Source: an uncultured Myxococcales bacterium (GTDB taxonomy: Bacteria > Myxococcota > UBA4151). From it: 26,077 bases of DNA. Location: positions 1 through 26,077 of the forward strand of contig CAXGWI010000035.1 of NCBI GenBank assembly GCA_964013405.1. The letters are read 5' to 3'. Positions 25,196 to 26,077 of this stretch are shown piece by piece. Made by a program: the position numbers and the translations under genes. A model generated the notes under the pieces. The model worked only from the letters and a program-made list of their open reading frames with translations. It made no database searches and was not told the DNA's origin. Position 1 is the first letter of the stretch; every line of letters starts with the position of its first letter.

Positions 25196-26077
25196 ATGTC
25201 ATTGCTCGTCGTCGGTTCCGTGGCTCTGGACTCGGTGGAGACCCCTCTGGGTAAGCGAGATGAGATTCTCGGTGGCTCCGCCGTCTACTTTTCCACCGCA
25301 GCTTCCTTCGTGGGCCGGGATATCCGGCTTGTGGCCGTGATCGGTGAGGACTTCCCCGCTGCGCACGTCGCAGAGTTAGAGGGGCGCGGCATCTGCTGCG
25401 AGGGCTTACAGCGAGTATCCGGTCGAACTTTTCGCTGGTCTGGTCGCTACGACGACTTAAATGAGGCGGTCACCCTGGACACCCAGTTGAACGTCTTCGA
25501 GCACTTCAAGCCCGAGTTCCCCCCCGGTTACGCCCAAAGCCGCGACGTGCTCCTGGCCAATATCGACCCGGTGCTCCAAGGCCAGGTCCTCGACCAGATC
25601 GAGCGCCCTCGCTTCGTGGCGATGGATACGATGAACTTCTGGATCGAGGACATCATCCCCGGCAAGCGCCAGGCCCTGCTCGATGTGGTCTCTCGGGTGG
25701 ATATGCTCTTTGTGAACGACACCGAAGCAAAGCTCCTGTCGGGCGAAGAGACCGTGCTAGCGGCAGCCCGAAAATTGATTTCGATGGGTCCGTCTGGCGT
25801 CGTGATCAAGCGCGGCGAGTTCGGTGCGCTTCTCTTTACCGCAGAAGGCTCCTTCTTCTGTCCGGCCTACCCGGTGGAGACCGTGGTCGATCCGACCGGG
25901 GCTGGGGACAGTTTTGCCGGCGGCTTCATGGGCTATCTATCAACCTGCGATGTCATCGACGATGACGCTCTGCGCATCGCAGCTGTTGTCGGTAGCGCCA
26001 CGGCCAGCTTCGTCGTGGAGGGCTTTAGTATCGAGCGGATGCGAGAGATCGACACTGCGAGCATTCAGGGGCGGGTC
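25196..26077 (+). CDS. PfkB/ribokinase-family carbohydrate or nucleoside kinase (3'-truncated; absent from ORF track)
   Basis: Own translation from ATG 25196: MSLLVVGSVALDSVETP...LGGSAVYF...DTMNFWI...VNDTEA...IKRGEFG...DPTGAGDSFAGGF, open to the window end. Confidence 0.95.
   Translation, partial: MSLLVVGSVALDSVETPLGKRDEILGGSAVYFSTAASFVGRDIRLVAVIGEDFPAAHVAELEGRGICCEGLQRVSGRTFRWSGRYDDLNEAVTLDTQLNVFEHFKPEFPPGYAQSRDVLLANIDPVLQGQVLDQIERPRFVAMDTMNFWIEDIIPGKRQALLDVVSRVDMLFVNDTEAKLLSGEETVLAAARKLISMGPSGVVIKRGEFGALLFTAEGSFFCPAYPVETVVDPTGAGDSFAGGFMGYLSTCDVIDDDALRIAAVVGSATASFVVEGFSIERMREIDTASIQGRV

Noticed and set aside
313..25809. Numerous 60-290 aa alternative-frame and antisense ORFs (e.g. 20950-21813, 20186-20767, 4488-5057, 24657-25169)
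   Set aside because: They shadow well-supported genes, lack motifs, and are expected from stop-codon scarcity in GC-rich DNA.

Overview
GC-rich (roughly 60-65% by eye), densely packed bacterial chromosomal window. It is most likely from Myxococcota or a close relative, inferred from a MYXO-CTERM-like tail, Myxococcus-type Cys-rich repeats and a stand-alone M17 N-terminal-domain gene after nusB. The left arm is housekeeping: 3' end of a ribB-fusion gene with a degenerate GTP cyclohydrolase II domain, ribH, nusB, two small genes, then yceD-rpmF-plsX-fabH-fabD-fabG, which ends head-on against an atypical orphan clpX. The middle is a block of envelope genes: a membrane-anchored TPR protein, an 802-aa protein resembling the BPI/LBP (TULIP) lipid-binding fold with a MYXO-CTERM-like tail, a small lipoprotein, a 12-repeat Cys-rich lipoprotein, an ABC-2/SCO operon and a ComEC-type MBL hydrolase lipoprotein. 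Divergent from the MBL gene is a translationally coupled trio: a beta-propeller protein ending in a half-TolC-like domain, a stand-alone half-TolC-like protein, and an Ig/FN3/lamin-tail-domain lipoprotein. The right arm carries a tsaC-like gene, moeB/thiF, gltA and a truncated PfkB kinase. The best candidates for undescribed biology are the half-TolC/LTD/MBL locus (17370-22509) and the BPI-like surface protein (10592-13000). No tRNA, rRNA, CRISPR array or mobile element was seen. All family calls come from reading motifs by eye; reference sequences are recalled from memory and no search was run.
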